A stretch of DNA of 63,986 bases from contig NC_068992.1 in the NCBI RefSeq assembly GCF_001194135.2, positions 36,707,702 through 36,771,687 of the forward strand. Reading direction: 5' to 3'. Under the pieces are notes generated by a model. It saw only the letters and a program-made list of their open reading frames with translations. It did no database searches and had not been told where the DNA came from. Below, in pieces: positions 25,255 to 39,012 of the stretch. Position 1 is the stretch's first letter; each line of letters opens with the position of its first letter. The translations under genes were made by a program, and so were the position numbers. The DNA is from Octopus bimaculoides. Taxonomy: Eukaryota.

Positions 25255-27810
25255 CATTTCAGTTAGGGAAGTGATGGAAATCAACAAAAAAATGAACAAC
25301 TGGAAGGCTTCGGGACCAGATGGAGTTCAAGGCTACTGGATCAAAAGATTTGGTGAATGTCATGCACGAATAGCTGCACAACTCATAACCTTGTTCAATG
25401 CCGACCAAGTAACACCAGAGTGGTTTACATTGTGTAGGACAGTGCTGTGCTTGAAGAATATCGAAAAAGTCAATACGGTAGACAATTACAGGTCAAGATC
25501 CTGTTTGCCACTTATGTGGAAATTATTGACTGGAGTACTTGCAGAGTCAATGTACGAACATTTGGAAAACAATGGAGTCCTGCCACATGCGCAGAAGGGC
25601 TGCAAGCGCAAGTGCAGAGGTACCGAGGATTAACTCCTGATAGACAAAACTATACTTAGAGACTGCAAGAGGAGGACAAGTAACTCAGCCATGTCATGGA
25701 TCGATTATCGTAAGGCGTATGATATGATTCCACACTCTTGTATAATGGAATTTATGAACCTATTTGGTATTGCATTGAATGTTGAGCGATTGCTTGGAAA
25801 AATATGGAACTGACACCATACGGAATAAGTTTAGAGACGGTAGAAATAAGGAGGGACATCTTCCAAGGACACTACCTGTCCCCACTGATCTTTGTTCTGG
25901 GCTTGATACCACTAACACTAATACTGAGGAAAGAAAAAGCTTGGTATCTATTCAGAAGCCGTCAAGAAAAAGTCAACCATAAGTCTTTCATGGATGGCCT
26001 CAAATTTTATGGTAAAGATAAATCCCAAGTCAGTTCCCTCGTTGATTCAGTGCTGATATCAGAAAGTAGTTCGAACTGAGGAAGTGTCGTGTGTTAGTCT
26101 TGAAGGGAAGCAAAATGAAATCTATGGACGGGCTATCGAGACCGTCGTGGGAGGTTATGAAGCAGATAGAAGAGACGGGCTATAAATACTTGGGAAATTT
26201 GGAAATGGATAAATTGATGAATAAAGAAACGACAGAAAAAATTAAGGTGGAGTACTTGCGCAGACTGAGACTGATTCTTAAGACGGAATTAAACGGAGAC
26301 GGAATAAGGTTGAAGCTATCAACACCTGGGCAGTTTCACTCCTTAGATATGAGCAGGGGTAATCGCGTAAACAGTAGACGAACGAAACAGCTTAGACAGA
26401 AAGATAAGGACGTTGCTAATTAGATACGGGACACTCCACCCAAAAAGTAACACAGACAGACTATATGTACCGAGAAAAATAGGGGCAAGATGACTTATTG
26501 AATGCGAATACAGCAATAGAGCAGAAGAAAACAACATAGCATGGTATGTAAGAAATGTCACAGAACCGCAATTATTAGAAGTAAGGTCAGGCTTGTGTAA
26601 GATGAAAGACTGCAAAGATAAATCACTGTACAAGCAATTGAAAACGAATGTAACTGAAGATAGGTGGGTAAAGAGAAGAATGCTTGGACAATTTCATTGG
26701 GACGTTGAAGATAAGACAGACAGAGAAAAAAAGATGGCTGTGGATGACTAAAAGTGATTGAAAGCCGGAAACGGAGGTTCTAATCTCTGCTGCCTAAGAG
26801 CAAGCACTAAGAACAAACTACATAAAATACAGAATAGACAACACATCAGAAAGTGATAAGTGCAGAATCTGTTGACGAAATGTTGAAACCGTATGGCATA
26901 TTGCCAGCCAATGTACGTCACTAGCCCAAAGGGAATATAAGAGACGCCACGACAATATAGCAAGGCTTGTCTATTGGACACTTTGCAACAAGTATGGACC
27001 TGACAGAGCAAAAAATTCGTACGACCACAAAGATCCGGTGGGATTTTATGAGTCAGTGCGACCATGAGATAGAAAATAGGAAGCCAGACATAGTCTTAAT
27101 TGAGAAGGAAGCAAACTATGCTGGATCATAGATATAGCATGCGCAGCTGACAACAAGGTATGCGATAAGGAAGAAAGAAAAGTCGACAGGTATGAGCAAA
27201 AAGGGTGCAAAGGTGGGTCCTATAGTTAAAAAGATCAACTACTCATCAATACGATGATCTTGGAAAGTTGTCACAAACAACACAAGAATTTGTCGATAAC
27301 CTGCATAGACTATAAAAAGCTTTTGATAGATTACCACATAGCTGGATTAAGAAATGTCTGGAAATTTATAAAATAACACCTATTCTGCGAAACATCCTGT
27401 CTGCGAAACTTATAAAATATCGCAAGTGACAAAGAAATCGAAAAGATGGGAAAGTACAAACTAGAATAAGACGAAATTGCAAGAATGTGGATTATGAGGA
27501 GAGTTTCTGTTATTACAGTAGTTGTAGTAGCTCTCGGAGCAATAACAACGAAGTTCGAGAAATATGTCAGAGCAATCGGAATCGACATTAGTGCAGAGCA
27601 AGTAAAAAAAAACTGCTCTTCTGGGAACAGCTCGGATTTTGAGAATGGTACTTGGGTGTTGAATGTCTCCCACGATAATTAACAAACAAGTATCAAAGCT
27701 TATAATTTGCGGAAAGAGACCCCGTGGGACTTCTGACAACTGGCTGCTGTTCGTTCTCCATACAGTCAAACAAAGCAAACAAAACTGAGCACTCCGAGAA
27801 GTAAAGCAAT
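25255..27810 (+). mobile_element. R4/Dong-like LINE (third family), 5'-truncated, RT to 3' UTR, interrupted at ~27220-27420
   Basis: NWKASGPDGVQGYWIK; RRDIFQG..LSPL.F; FMDGLKFY (YxDD motif); YKYLG; RKPDIV; 3' UTR ending in (ATA)n at ~27807. An RT fragment of another R4-like copy (CIDYKK) sits at ~27220-27420. Confidence 0.85.
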
Positions 27811-27973
27811 AATAATAATGATATCTAAGAAGATTTGAAGAAGGAATCGTATTCCGAAATATCATCGGACTATAGATAACTAAATTACAACAAGTATATA
27901 GTCCATTTTTTATATTATAGTGCATTGTTGTACCATTCAAAACTTTTTATTCTTTACAATAATAATAATAATG

Positions 27974-28027
<54 letters not shown>

Positions 28028-28030
<3 letters not shown>

Positions 28031-29027
28031 CCTACTCCAGAAGCAAAGAAAACTGATACAAATAGCCACAAAACACAAGCAAAACAAAAAACTGTTTTCA
28101 GTATTTAAGGAAGCTGACAAATACAAACAAGAAATCAATCCTAACAAATACGAAGAAGAAGAAGAAACAACAAAAGCTATAAAACAAATGAAATCCAAAC
28201 TAAAATTAGAACAGCAACGGACCATGATAAAACGATGGTAAGAAAAGCCCCTACATGGTAAATACTGGGCTAAACTAAATGCAAAAGAAATAGACAGAGA
28301 AAAATCCCAGCAATGGTTGAGAAGCTCAGGACTCAAAGCAGAGACTGAAGGATTTTTAATTGCTGCACAAGACCAAAGCCTCCCCACCAGAAATTNNNNN
28401 NNNNNNNNNNNNNNNNNNNNNNNNNNNNNNNNNNNNNNNNNNNNNNNNNNNNNNNNNNNNNNNNNNNNNNNNNNNNNNNNNNNNNNNNNNNNNNNNNNNN
28501 NNNNNNNNNNNNNNNNNNNNNNNNNNNNNNNNNNNNNNNNNNNNNNNNNNNNNNNNNNNNNNNNNNNNNNNNNNNNNNNNNNNNNNNNNNNNNNNNNNNN
28601 NNNNNNNNNNNNNNNNNNNNNNNNNNNNNNNNNNNNNNNNNNNNNNNNNNNNNNNNNNNNNNNNNNNNNNNNNNNNNNNNNNNNNNNNNNNNNNNNNNNN
28701 NNNNNNNNNNNNNNAAAATACAAAGACCTGGAAATAGAGGTAACTCGAATGTGGAATCTAAAAACAGAAACAATTCCTATCATAGTAGGTGCCTTAGGTA
28801 TAATAAAAAAAATATTCAGACAAATACATAACAAAAACATCAGGACTTACAAATATATATAACATACAGAAAATTGCACTACTGGGCACTGCACACATCC
28901 TACGCAAAACACTTTCAATACAGTAACCATAAGAGCACCACAGCAAACCACAGCACATACCCAAGGGGCACAGAGCTGCGCTCGGTAGTGAAGTCAAAGC
29001 ACGTTATAAAAATAAAACTACTGAACA
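28028..29027 (+). mobile_element. R4/Dong-like LINE, family A copy 2, 5'-truncated, between (TAA)n runs
   Basis: Very similar to 16720-17780 (RSSGLKAETEGFLIAAQDQSL; KYKDLEIEVTRMW; same 3' UTR ...ACTGAACA(ATA)n). Confidence 0.92.
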
Positions 29028-29079
29028 ATAATAATAATAGGACTACAAAAATATCTACTTCAGCAGCAAGGAAAATTAA

Positions 29080-29900
29080 TAAAGATATCCACAAATTACG
29101 AACAAAACAACATATTCTAGAACGGCATTAGCCCGAAATGTCGTGTATGTAAACAACAAAATGAAACCATTGATCATGTTGTCTCCATGTGCGATCTTCT
29201 TGTGCCTGCAGAGTATCTCAACAGGCATAATAGAGCAGCACTGTATATACACTGGGTAATTTTTAAAAACCTGGACCTGCCCCGTGGTAAAAACTGGTAG
29301 GAACACAAACCACCTCCAGTACTTGAAAATGATCACATCTCACTTCTCTGGAACGTCACCATTCAAACGGACAGAAAGATAGATGCGAATAGTCCAGACA
29401 TTATATAGAAAGACTTCAGACAAAAATCGTGCCTCCTCATTGATATCACTGTCCCAATCGACATAAATGCGTCTGTGAAGACCTACCAAAAATTGAGCAA
29501 GTATAAAGACCTTGAAATAGAAATTTGCAAAATGTGGAACCTCAAGACTAAAAGAATACCTGTTGTCATAGGTGCCCTAGTAATGATAGCATAAGGGGCT
29601 GATTCCTACCTAGCTAAGATACCAGGAAACCCCAAAATAGCAGAAATTCAAAAGATAGTGCTCATGGGAACTGCCCATATCCTACGTTAAAATACTGTCT
29701 ATGTAATCTCAAATGTAAAATAAACTTATAATTTTCTTAAATGTTTCCTTAAACATTCCCTAGAACAATACTATGTGCAAAACCAAATATATGACACCCT
29801 AGGCAAAACAATAACTTGAACTTCTAATTGTTGTCTCTTGAGATCTCTGGGCGTGACTTGGAGTAAACTTGTACAAATGCAAAGCAAAAGTCAAGCATAT
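29080..29900 (+). mobile_element. R4/Dong-like LINE (fourth family) 3' end
   Basis: DANSPDI...LIDITVPID...KLSKYKDLEIEICKMWNLKT..IPVVIGAL...IQKIVLMGTAHILR; followed by (AAT)n. Confidence 0.85.
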
Positions 29901-29913
29901 AATGATAATAATA

Positions 29914-29971
<58 letters not shown>

Positions 29972-30045
29972 TGATGATGATGATGATGATGATGATGGTG
30001 GTGATAATAATAATAATAATAATAGTAATAACAATAATAATAATG
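29900..30045. repeat. Compound (AAT)n/(GAT)n microsatellite
   Basis: Direct reading. Confidence 0.95.
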
Positions 30046-30089
30046 GCAGAATTGGATAAATGATTGAATGACAGAATTGAAGGTAGAAT

Positions 30090-32990
30090 TGATCACAAAG
30101 GAATTAAAAAAGACCAAGAAGTAAAACAGCCAAGCAAGACAAACCTGGATGAAAAAGATACCGAAGTGCTACAGTGCAAGGCAAGGAGGAACCTAGAAGG
30201 AAGAATAATAGAGCTACAATCAGGAATGGAAAACTGAAACCAGCAACTCAAATGAGGAAGATCAGAAGATTTTAGATGAGTTGAAGGACCTAATGAATAG
30301 AAAAGAAATAAAGAAAGGATTACCAACATTAAAAGGTGTTAATAGAAGAAAATTGTCATAAGTGACAAGGAAAGTAGATTCTGTTATCAGTAAGATTGAT
30401 ACTAAAATTATAGGTGACACTAACTTATGTTAGGAGGGTTAGTAGTTATAAGTAGTTATTAGCAGACTAGGCACTCTTTGAGGAAAGAAAAGGAAGGAGT
30501 ATATGTGGAAAAGAAGATTAGAAAATAAAGTGAAGACTTTAAGACAAGATCTCAATAGAATAGAAGCCTTGAATCAGGAAAAGTTAGGAAACACAAGATT
30601 TAGATCTTCTTTTGAGAAAAAAATACTAAGTCAGGGAGAAAGGATTAGGGACAGTCATGGAGGAGTTGAAAGAGCGTATCATAGCAATAACAGGTAAGCT
30701 TTCCAGATATCACTAAAATATAGACCAGTATCAACAAAACAAGTTGCTTGAGACAGACCAGAGAATATTTTCGCGCCAAATACATAGAGTTGAAGAAACT
30801 CCTCAAGATAAGAACCCTAATGCACAAGAAACTAGAAAGGTAAGTTCTGCATTGATATCAGGTAATCATAACGGAGATGCAGCGTGGTTAAAGAAAGTGA
30901 GAGAAGTAGTTAGTGGTGAGCAGCAAAATCTAAAACTAACTAAGTTTAGCAAGAATGCCCAGTTGGAAGGTCCCGGGACATGATTTAGTTCAACAGTACT
31001 AGTTAAAGAACTTTAGTAGCTACACAGGAGACTAGATTATATGACTAGATGGAGAACTGTGCATGTTATGAGAGACAAAAGCAAGGCCCATATAGCCAGT
31101 AATTATAGAACGATCACTTGCTTACTATTGGTGCGAAACCTGCTGGCAAGAATGCTCTCAGAAAGCATTTATGAGCATTCTTGGCAGCCAGTGTGTGCTG
31201 TCAGAAGAACATAAATGTTGGAGGAAGAAGGCTAGAGGAACGCATGAAATATTATACATAAACAAAGCAGTCCCAAATGAAGTGAAATCTAGAAAGAAAA
31301 TTTCAACAATAGCATGGATAGATTATAAGAAAGCCTATGACATGATTCCACACACATCGATAAGTGAATGTTTGAGAATCGTCAGTATTGCTAGACAACG
31401 TAAAAGAGTTAATTAACTATCGCATAAAGAAATGATAAGTAGATCTCTAACCAAGTGATAGATCAGTAGGGAGAGTTAATATCCAGAGGTATTTTCCAGG
31501 AAGTCTTGTTATCCCCTTTAATATTTGCGTTATGTTTAATCCCCTTCAGGTTAGCATTAAGAAAGGCAAAGGCAGGGTATCAGTTTAGAGATTGTAAAGG
31601 AAGAGTTAACCATCTTCTCTACATAGATGATATGACGCTTTGTAGTAAGACTTAAGATGAGCTAGATTCCTTAATATAAGGAAGATTCTTCAGCAAAGAT
31701 ATATGTGGAATTTGGCATAGATAAGTGCGCAATATTAGTTATAAACAAGGGAGAGGTAATCGGCATTGAAGGTATTCAGTCACCAGATGGCTAGAAATTA
31801 GGATCACTGAAAGGACAAAGTTATAAATATCTAGGAATATTAGAATCTGACAGAGAATTAACTATAGTAATGAAAGCAAAAACTGAGGAGTACATCAGAA
31901 GGCTGTGGAAGTTAATGAAGTTGAACCTAAATTGTCCGAACCTACTGAAAGCTGTAAATACTTGGGCAGTATCGTTACTTAGATATACAGTACCTTTTGT
32001 ACATTGAAGAAAATCTGAATTAGCAAATCTAGACAGAAGAACTAGGAAAGAATTCGTCCAAGAGCAGGAGTATCAAGATTATACTTGCGTAGAAAGGAAG
32101 GCGGTAGAGTGCTTATAGCAGTAAAAGACTGTGTGGAGTTAGCTAGAGTATACATAGCCTCCTATGCAGGTGATAGTGAAGAAATTTTCATAAGAGCTGT
32201 TAGAGTAACAGTAGAAGATTGGGAAACCAAAAAGACAAATTAAGTTAAAAACCAGAAAATAGAAGCAAGATTATTTGACTGGCAAGAGAAGGCTCTTCAC
32301 GATAGATTTCCAATGGTTGCGGTTTCGGAAAAGAAGGCTTAAAATAGAGACAGAAAGTTTGTTAGTAGCAGTATTGAGGACTAATTGGATACAAGCATTG
32401 GAAACTAATTGGATACAAGCCAAGATAGACAAAAATCAGGTAGATTCCCAATGTAGTTTATGTAAATCAAAGGAGAGTGTTACTCATATAGTTACTGAAT
32501 ATAGTACGGTGGTACGAAAAGAATACAAGACTTGACAATTTAGGAAGAGTGATCCAGTGGAAGCTGTATGGAAAGCTAGGATTTGACCATATAAATAAGT
32601 GCTATGGACAAGTAAGAAAGTCAGAAAGTAAGAAAGTCAGAAAGTAAGAAATGCTGTCGGATTTTCACATTCAAACTAACAGAATAGAAGCTAGAAGTTC
32701 TGATATAATAGAATAGTATGTGACAGTAATTGACTTTGATGAGAAAGTCAATATGAGAGGCATAAAGAAAGTAGGAAAATATCAAGATCCAGCCTCTGAA
32801 TTATAGAGGCTATGGAATATTCGCGTAAAATGTACCCTTGTAGTTATAGGTGCATTAGGAACTCTCTCTAAAGATTTGAACAGGTAGACTGAGGAAATAG
32901 GTAAAAAAAACCCTAGTTTAGTGCAGCTCCAGAAAACAAATTTACTAGGGATAATTAGGATACTTAAAGAGGTTCTTGACATCTAAGACT
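30090..32990 (+). mobile_element. R4/Dong-like LINE (fifth family), long and heavily degenerate
   Basis: WKRRLENKVKTLRQDLNR; NYRTITCLLL; AWIDYKKAYDMIPH; VNHLLYIDD; YKYLG; LKIETESLLVA; CSLCKSKESVTHIVTE; IPVVIGALG-like C-terminus. Confidence 0.85.
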
Positions 32991-33019
32991 ATTGTTTGGA
33001 ATTTTTTCCAACAGTCTCA

Positions 33020-33900
33020 TCTGTTGTGTGTGAATAAATTAGTTGGCAAATTGGAATCAGTCGGTTTGAGAAGATCATGATACTGCACCTGAAGAGTTTT
33101 GTGTCAGCTGCAAGTGGTGGTGCAGTGCCTGCTGTGTCTACACAGGCCGACACGGGCGTGGCAGTGTTGCATGCAGCAACCGCATTTGAAGAAGCTTTAT
33201 GTTGGTGATACTGACGTTTCCTTTCTTCGAGTGAGCTTTTCTTCGGTAGCAAGTTCCAGTTTCTCTTCCCATCGCTCCATCCCCTTTCATTAAACTTATT
33301 TTCAGCGCGGACGATTACTTACGACATCAAACCATCTCAGGGCGTCCAGATCTATTGAGGTTGCTCTTGTTCCCATGCAGGAGGTCTTTTAGGATCCTTC
33401 CGTCTGGCTTACAATATACGTGACCGAGCCAGCGCAGACGACGCTGTTGGGACAGGGTGAATATTCTGGGTATCTTGGTGCGGTTGAGGACTTCAGTGTT
33501 GGTGATTCGGTCAGATGCGAATCCAAGATGCGTCTCAGGCTACGAAGGTGAAAGACGTTGAGACATCACTCCTGTCTGGACTAGAGCCTCCATGTCTCGC
33601 TGCCCTAAAGTAGTGTATTAAGGACACACGCCTTATAGAAACAATCTTGGTGTTTGTGGTAAGTTTTCTTTGTCATCCTCGTAAATGTGGAGGATGTTCG
33701 TCCAACTTGTCTACTGATCTTAGGGTCCAAGGAGAAGTTATCAGTGATGGTAGAGCCGAGGTAGGTGAGTTCACGGACTACCCTCAGCTCGTAGTTGATG
33801 ATGGTAATGGTGGAGGAGTGCTTGATACTTTGACCAAGCACCTTGGTTTTCTTTAGACTAGTAGCCAGGCCTAAATTCGTAGCAGGCCTTTGGGGCGTTG
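33020..33900 (-). mobile_element. RTE-clade LINE 3' fragment
   Basis: LTYLGSTITDNFSLDPKISRQVGRTSSTF...YKACVLNTLL, followed by FHLRSLRRIL-type thumb sequence and a C-terminal Cys-rich remnant. Confidence 0.8.
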
Positions 33901-33959
33901 CACTTGCTCCTCAGAGTGTGCTGGAGAGAACACTTCAACGTCGTCACATGGAAATGAAA

Positions 33960-33960
33960 T

Positions 33961-33992
<32 letters not shown>

Positions 33993-34050
33993 CGACGACG
34001 ACGACGACGACGACGTCGTCGATGATGATGATGATGATGATGATGTTGAT
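33960..34050. repeat. Compound (AAC)n-(GAC)n-(GAT)n microsatellite
   Basis: Direct reading. Confidence 0.95.
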
Positions 34051-34648
34051 GATGTTGGTGATTATAATCACAAGAACCACAACAGTATTATTAGCAAATA
34101 AACTAGTATTTGTTTATGTTGATATCAGCATATTATTAGCATTTTACAAATATTGGCATTTGCTATGTTTTCTTTATAGTTTTTCATTATTTTATAGCAT
34201 AAGGACACTTCTAGGTTTTCTTCCTGCATGACATTTGAAAATGAGGTACTTAGGAGGTGAGCGCGATACTTCCGCAATCAATAAAAATCCAAGCTAAATT
34301 TGTTACAACGTGTCAGCCACTTCAGTGAGTAGTGTGATTGGCTAAAACAAAAATATGAAAGATATGACTCTATGAAATGAAACGGAAAAATTGCTGTATG
34401 TGAAAGACAGTATTTGATCACAATAACAATTCTATAAACGGCATGGTATTTTTTTTAAGAAGTTAAAGATTGCATTATTATAAAACAACGTTACAAAACA
34501 AAAATACAATGAAATGGCTATATAAGTAGAAAAATCAAAGTAAATATATTAATAGGGTTGATGTAGGAACGATATATTTACAAAACAAAAGATAAAAGAT
34601 TGGTTATCATAACAGCTATCCCCACAGCATGAATATAGAAATATATAC

Positions 34649-34698
<50 letters not shown>

Positions 34699-34700
<2 letters not shown>

Positions 34701-34923
34701 TTTAATTTCTTGCCATGATGTAGGTTCATTTGGAAATTTGGGCAGCGGGAGATCAAGTTGTTCCTTGAAAACATCTACCCCTACACCATGTAGATCCCCT
34801 AGATCTTTTGGCAAGGTATTGCATTGCCGTGAGCCCTTGAATCACAGACTATTGCAGTACATGGCCTTCACTCTATACAGGACAGCTGGGACCTTTGGAA
34901 CAGTGCAGAGGTCCCAGCTATCC
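34699..34923 (-). mobile_element. CR1/L2-group LINE 3' coding stub
   Basis: CTVPKVPAVLYRVKAMYCNSL*FKG...LPKDLGDLHGVGVDVFKEQLDL...PNEP, recognised as a CR1-like ORF2 C-terminus; shorter copy at 37408-37479. Confidence 0.65.
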
Positions 34924-34948
34924 ATATATATGTATATATATGTATGTA

Positions 34949-36191
34949 TTGGGTTGGCAACTGAGTACACGCCATTTTTTTTTAATTTAAATTTTTTAAA
35001 CGGCTTAATAAAAAATAACAACTAATTAATCAATAATGTATTCACCCTTGTTGTTTACAACTTCTTCCCAACGTTTAACAAGATCTTCAATACTCGTTGG
35101 TAGAAATCACCCGATTTCGACACGAAAAATTGATCCAACCTAGCTCTCAATTCTGCATCAGTATTGAACGAAACTCCGCGCATAGCATTTGAAGAGATCG
35201 AAAGAGGTGGAAATCCGATGGTGCAAAATCAGGAGAGTACGGCGGGTGTAGCTGCACTTCCCAGCCATACGTTTGAATAGCTTCCTTGGTCATATTGGCG
35301 ATATGAGGGCGGACGTTGTCGTACAGCAGAAGAACTCCATGCTGCCGATTAGGTCTTTTCTCTTGAATAGCCATGTTGAGTCGTTCCATCTGTTGAACAT
35401 AGAGTTCAGTGTTGACCGTTTGGTTCCATTCAAGCAATTCGTAATGGATAATCCCTTCCCAGTTCCATCATACGCACAACATCGTTTTACGCGGATGAAG
35501 ATCTTGTTTCAATGCGCAGTGTCACTTGTTTACCGGGGCTAAGCCATTCCTTACGCTGCTTTATATTGAAGTACAGGCACCATTTTTCGTCACCAGTAAT
35601 GATTCGGTAAAGAAATCTTTGCTTGTGTCCATGGGTTGAGCGGTGACGAGTAAGCAAACCAGCGGAGATTGTGGCTCGTTGATTTTTGTTGTTGTCACTT
35701 AAAGCATGCGGAATCCATACTCTATGCTTCTGAACCTTTCCCATCGAGTGAAGATGCTTCTCTGTGACAGTGTGGGAGCATTCCATTTTCTCTGCCAGTT
35801 CCTTTGTCGTGCAAAAGTTGGTTTAATCGCTCTTCCTCGAACTCAACTGCAAGGCCAGAACGAAGTGCGTCTTTGAGGTCAAAATTTCCATTTTTGAACT
35901 TGGCATACCAAGTTTCTTTCAGCTATGGCACCCTCTCCATACACAGCAAAAATGTTACGAACAGCTTTTGCGGCGTTAGAACCTTCATTAAAAACAAATA
36001 CTCGTTTTTCTTAACTTGACAGTCCTTTTTAATGATCTGAAAATAAAAAATTAACTAAAATTAACTAGAAAAAAAAATAGATTCCAAAACGATTCAAAAA
36101 TAGAATTCTCGAAAAAAATAGTTTCCAAAATTTAAAACTCAATAAATACCAAAATTTAAAAAAAAGGGCGGGAACTTAGCTGCCAATCCAA
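34949..36191 (-). mobile_element. Mariner (DD34D) transposon, full length, frameshifted transposase
   Basis: Imperfect TIRs TTGGGTTGGCAACTGAGT... and ...ACTTAGCTGCCAATCCAA flanked by TA (34947-48, 36192-93); motifs WIPHAL, ITGDEKW, LLYDNVRPH, YSPDFAPSDFHLFRSL. Confidence 0.95.
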
Positions 36192-36329
36192 TAAATTTTA
36201 AGATTTCTTTGCAAACAACTTGCAGATGAAAGTGCTACCAGTTGAAAGCTTTGCATACCGGATACCAGCAAGTTTATGGAGTCATCAGCAGAGAATGCAC
36301 GCCGTTTTGGGCATCATTGCACACCTATC

Positions 36330-37400
36330 CCCCTCACTAAAATGAGACCCCACTTGCGAGATCAACTGGTTATCAGGTTTCGCTCAATATTCTTCTAACC
36401 ATTACTCATCGTCTCATTTTAACCAAACACAGTGGTCTGCCTTTTCCACGGTAGTCTGGATATCACTCATAGTGGTATTTGCTTTACGATAACAACAATC
36501 GCCTCACACTGTGCCCAACGAATCCTCTACATCCGACTTCGATTGGAAAATACTCCACTTTCCAGCCTGCGTCTTCACATTCCTCCAGGAAGTTTTTATA
36601 ACGGTCAATCATTCGAGCCCGAGAGGCGTCCATGCTATCTTCATGAGGAACCGTTAACTCCGCTAGATTAACTACTTTTTTTCACACCATATTATGATAT
36701 CCGGTTTCTTCCCAACTGGAATGTGAAAAAAATCCTTGGCACCCTGGTAAATCTGCAGCCACCTCTTAATAGCTGTTCCACTTTTAATCGCTCACCGAAA
36801 GTTTCTTCTTCTTCAAACGGATTTGCTGTCCTGAGCGCACGAAGGTAATGACATCCCTGCTTGGTTCTTTCAGTGGATTTTTGCCACTGTCCACGAGAGC
36901 AATTTGGTTCTTATAGCGTTGAAGATAACCTTAAGGACCAGATTGTGTCTCCATGTATACTTATTCAATGCCAGTGAACAGTTGGAGATAACATGTTTCA
37001 GTGTTCCAACTTTTTCGCATCTGCACATATCATTTTCTGATACGTTCCACCTTAATAGGTTTGTAGGCATCGTAGAATGAACCAGAAAATTTAGACGTGG
37101 CGTCGTCCACTTCCATATTTCATTCCAACTTATTTTTCTTGAAACAACGTGTTCTTCCATTTCGTGATTCTGTCCTTGTTGGGAGCATTGAATCAAATGA
37201 AGCGGTCTTCTCTCTGATTCCCTTCTTTTGACGCTATTACTAACAACAGATCTGCATTGTTTTGACATCATGCTTGCAAACGGTTGAGTCGATCTGAGCC
37301 AACTCCAAGTCCCTTCCAACGAATTTGCGTTGCACCCACCATATCTCGGTGTGTAAGTGAAGACAGAATGACATCAGGGTCTGTTTCAGCTTTCCAGTTA
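36330..37400 (-). mobile_element. HERO-like (RLE-type) LINE 3' part
   Basis: CRCEKVGTLKHVISNC...YTWRHNLVL (CCHC); KPDIIIW...ELTVPHED...YK...EC...GW...FPI(E)VGCRGFVG (RLE). Confidence 0.8.
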
Positions 37401-37407
37401 CCAAATT

Positions 37408-37479
37408 ATTGCAGTACATGGTTCTCACTCTAAACAGGACAGCAGGGGCCTACGGAACAATGCAGAGCCCTAGCTATCC
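37408..37479 (-). mobile_element. Second CR1-like stub
   Basis: Homologous to 34851-34923; shares the same boundary (…CTATCC) next to an (AT)/(GT) microsatellite. Confidence 0.65.
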
Positions 37480-37546
<67 letters not shown>

Positions 37547-38184
37547 CGCGCGCGCGTGTGTATACATATGTATATGTATACACACACACACACATATACA
37601 TAAATATGTGTGTGCATGTATATGCATGTATATATCCGAATGTGCGTGTGTGTATGTGTGTGTGTTTGTGTGTGTACGCGCGCACGATCGTCGGGGAGAT
37701 TATTTGTGAGTGTATATAGACAGATAGATTGACGGGCAGATTATATATAAATTTGTATGTAAATATATACGTAATTTGTATAGACTTAATTTTCTGAAGC
37801 GTGTTAGATAAATAACATTATGAAATATTGAATGTTTCTTAGTGAACGTGGCGTATATATAGTTTCTATATTTTGTTTGTCGTGTTTTTCTTTTTCGTAA
37901 GAAGTCTCTTATTAAAGCGTATAAAACAAAATCCGACATAAATACGCGCATGTTATTTTTACATATCCTCTATTAGAAACGGTGCAGTTTATATTTGCAC
38001 ATTTATATACATATTTGTATATATCTGTGTGCGCATATTAGATAGATACATACATATGTGTACACATACGCACAAACACACTCGCACGTACACACACATA
38101 TACATCAAAAACAAGAAATTGTAAAACTTTTTTGTTATTATCTATTCACCATTACACATGTACACACGTATATCTATCTATCTA

Positions 38185-38315
38185 CGTGTGTGTATGTATG
38201 TATGTATGTATGTATGTATGTATATATGTATGTATATATGTATGTATGTATGTACGTACGCACGTATGTATGTATGTATGTATGTATGTATGTATGTATG
38301 TATGTATGTATGTGT
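38185..38315. repeat. (TATG)n tetranucleotide microsatellite; (TCTA)n follows at ~38715-38780
   Basis: Direct reading. Confidence 0.95.
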
Positions 38316-38715
38316 ATACGTCCTATGGACGTACATATATATATACTCGCAGATCTCTCTTTAGATATACAATAAATAAACATATATGCATAAATATATA
38401 TCTGTATGTGTAGTTATTCGGGTTTTTTCCCTTATGTTTCCTAATAATCGATGTGAAATCGAGGATGCGAATGATAGAAAAAACGTAGTATTCGAAAAAC
38501 TCTTTGTTCTGAATGCAATACATGCCGCGTGTTTGTAAAGGTATATTTGTTGTTATTTTAAGTCTCAAGAGAACGATGGTTAAGTATATTGCACATAGCC
38601 TTTAATTGGAATTCGATTTACTAAAGGAACGTTTTTGTTTTGGAAAACATTGAATATATGATATTTTGTTTGAGTATTCAGAACATTTATCAAGTCTTTA
38701 GAATCACACACATGC

Positions 38716-38780
<65 letters not shown>

Positions 38781-38819
38781 ATTCTTTCTTTCTAGTTTAC
38801 ACAAATTTATATATATTCT

Positions 38820-39012
38820 GTTATTCTTTTACTTGTTTCAGTCATTTTAACTGTGTCCATGCTGGAGCACCGCCTTTAATCGAACAAGACTTATTCTTTG
38901 TAAGCCTAGTACTTATTCTAACGCATTTCATGTCGAACCGCTAAGTTACGGGTACATAAACGCACCAAGATCTATTGTCAAGCGATGGCGGTAGGACAAA
39001 TACAGACACACA
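38820..39012 (-). mobile_element. SINE 3' half
   Basis: Minus strand ...CCATCGCTTGACAA...CTTAGCGGTTCG...AATAAGTACTAGGCTTACAAAGAATAAG...AAAGGCGGTGCTCCAGCATGG...GACTGAAACAAGTAAAAGAATAA; its start overlaps the end of the 4812-4958 fragment. Confidence 0.75.

Noticed and set aside
36222-36295. CAGAUGA...GAAAGCUU (plus) and CUGAUGA (minus) near the HERO 3' end
   Set aside because: Neither strand gives a complete core with paired stems.
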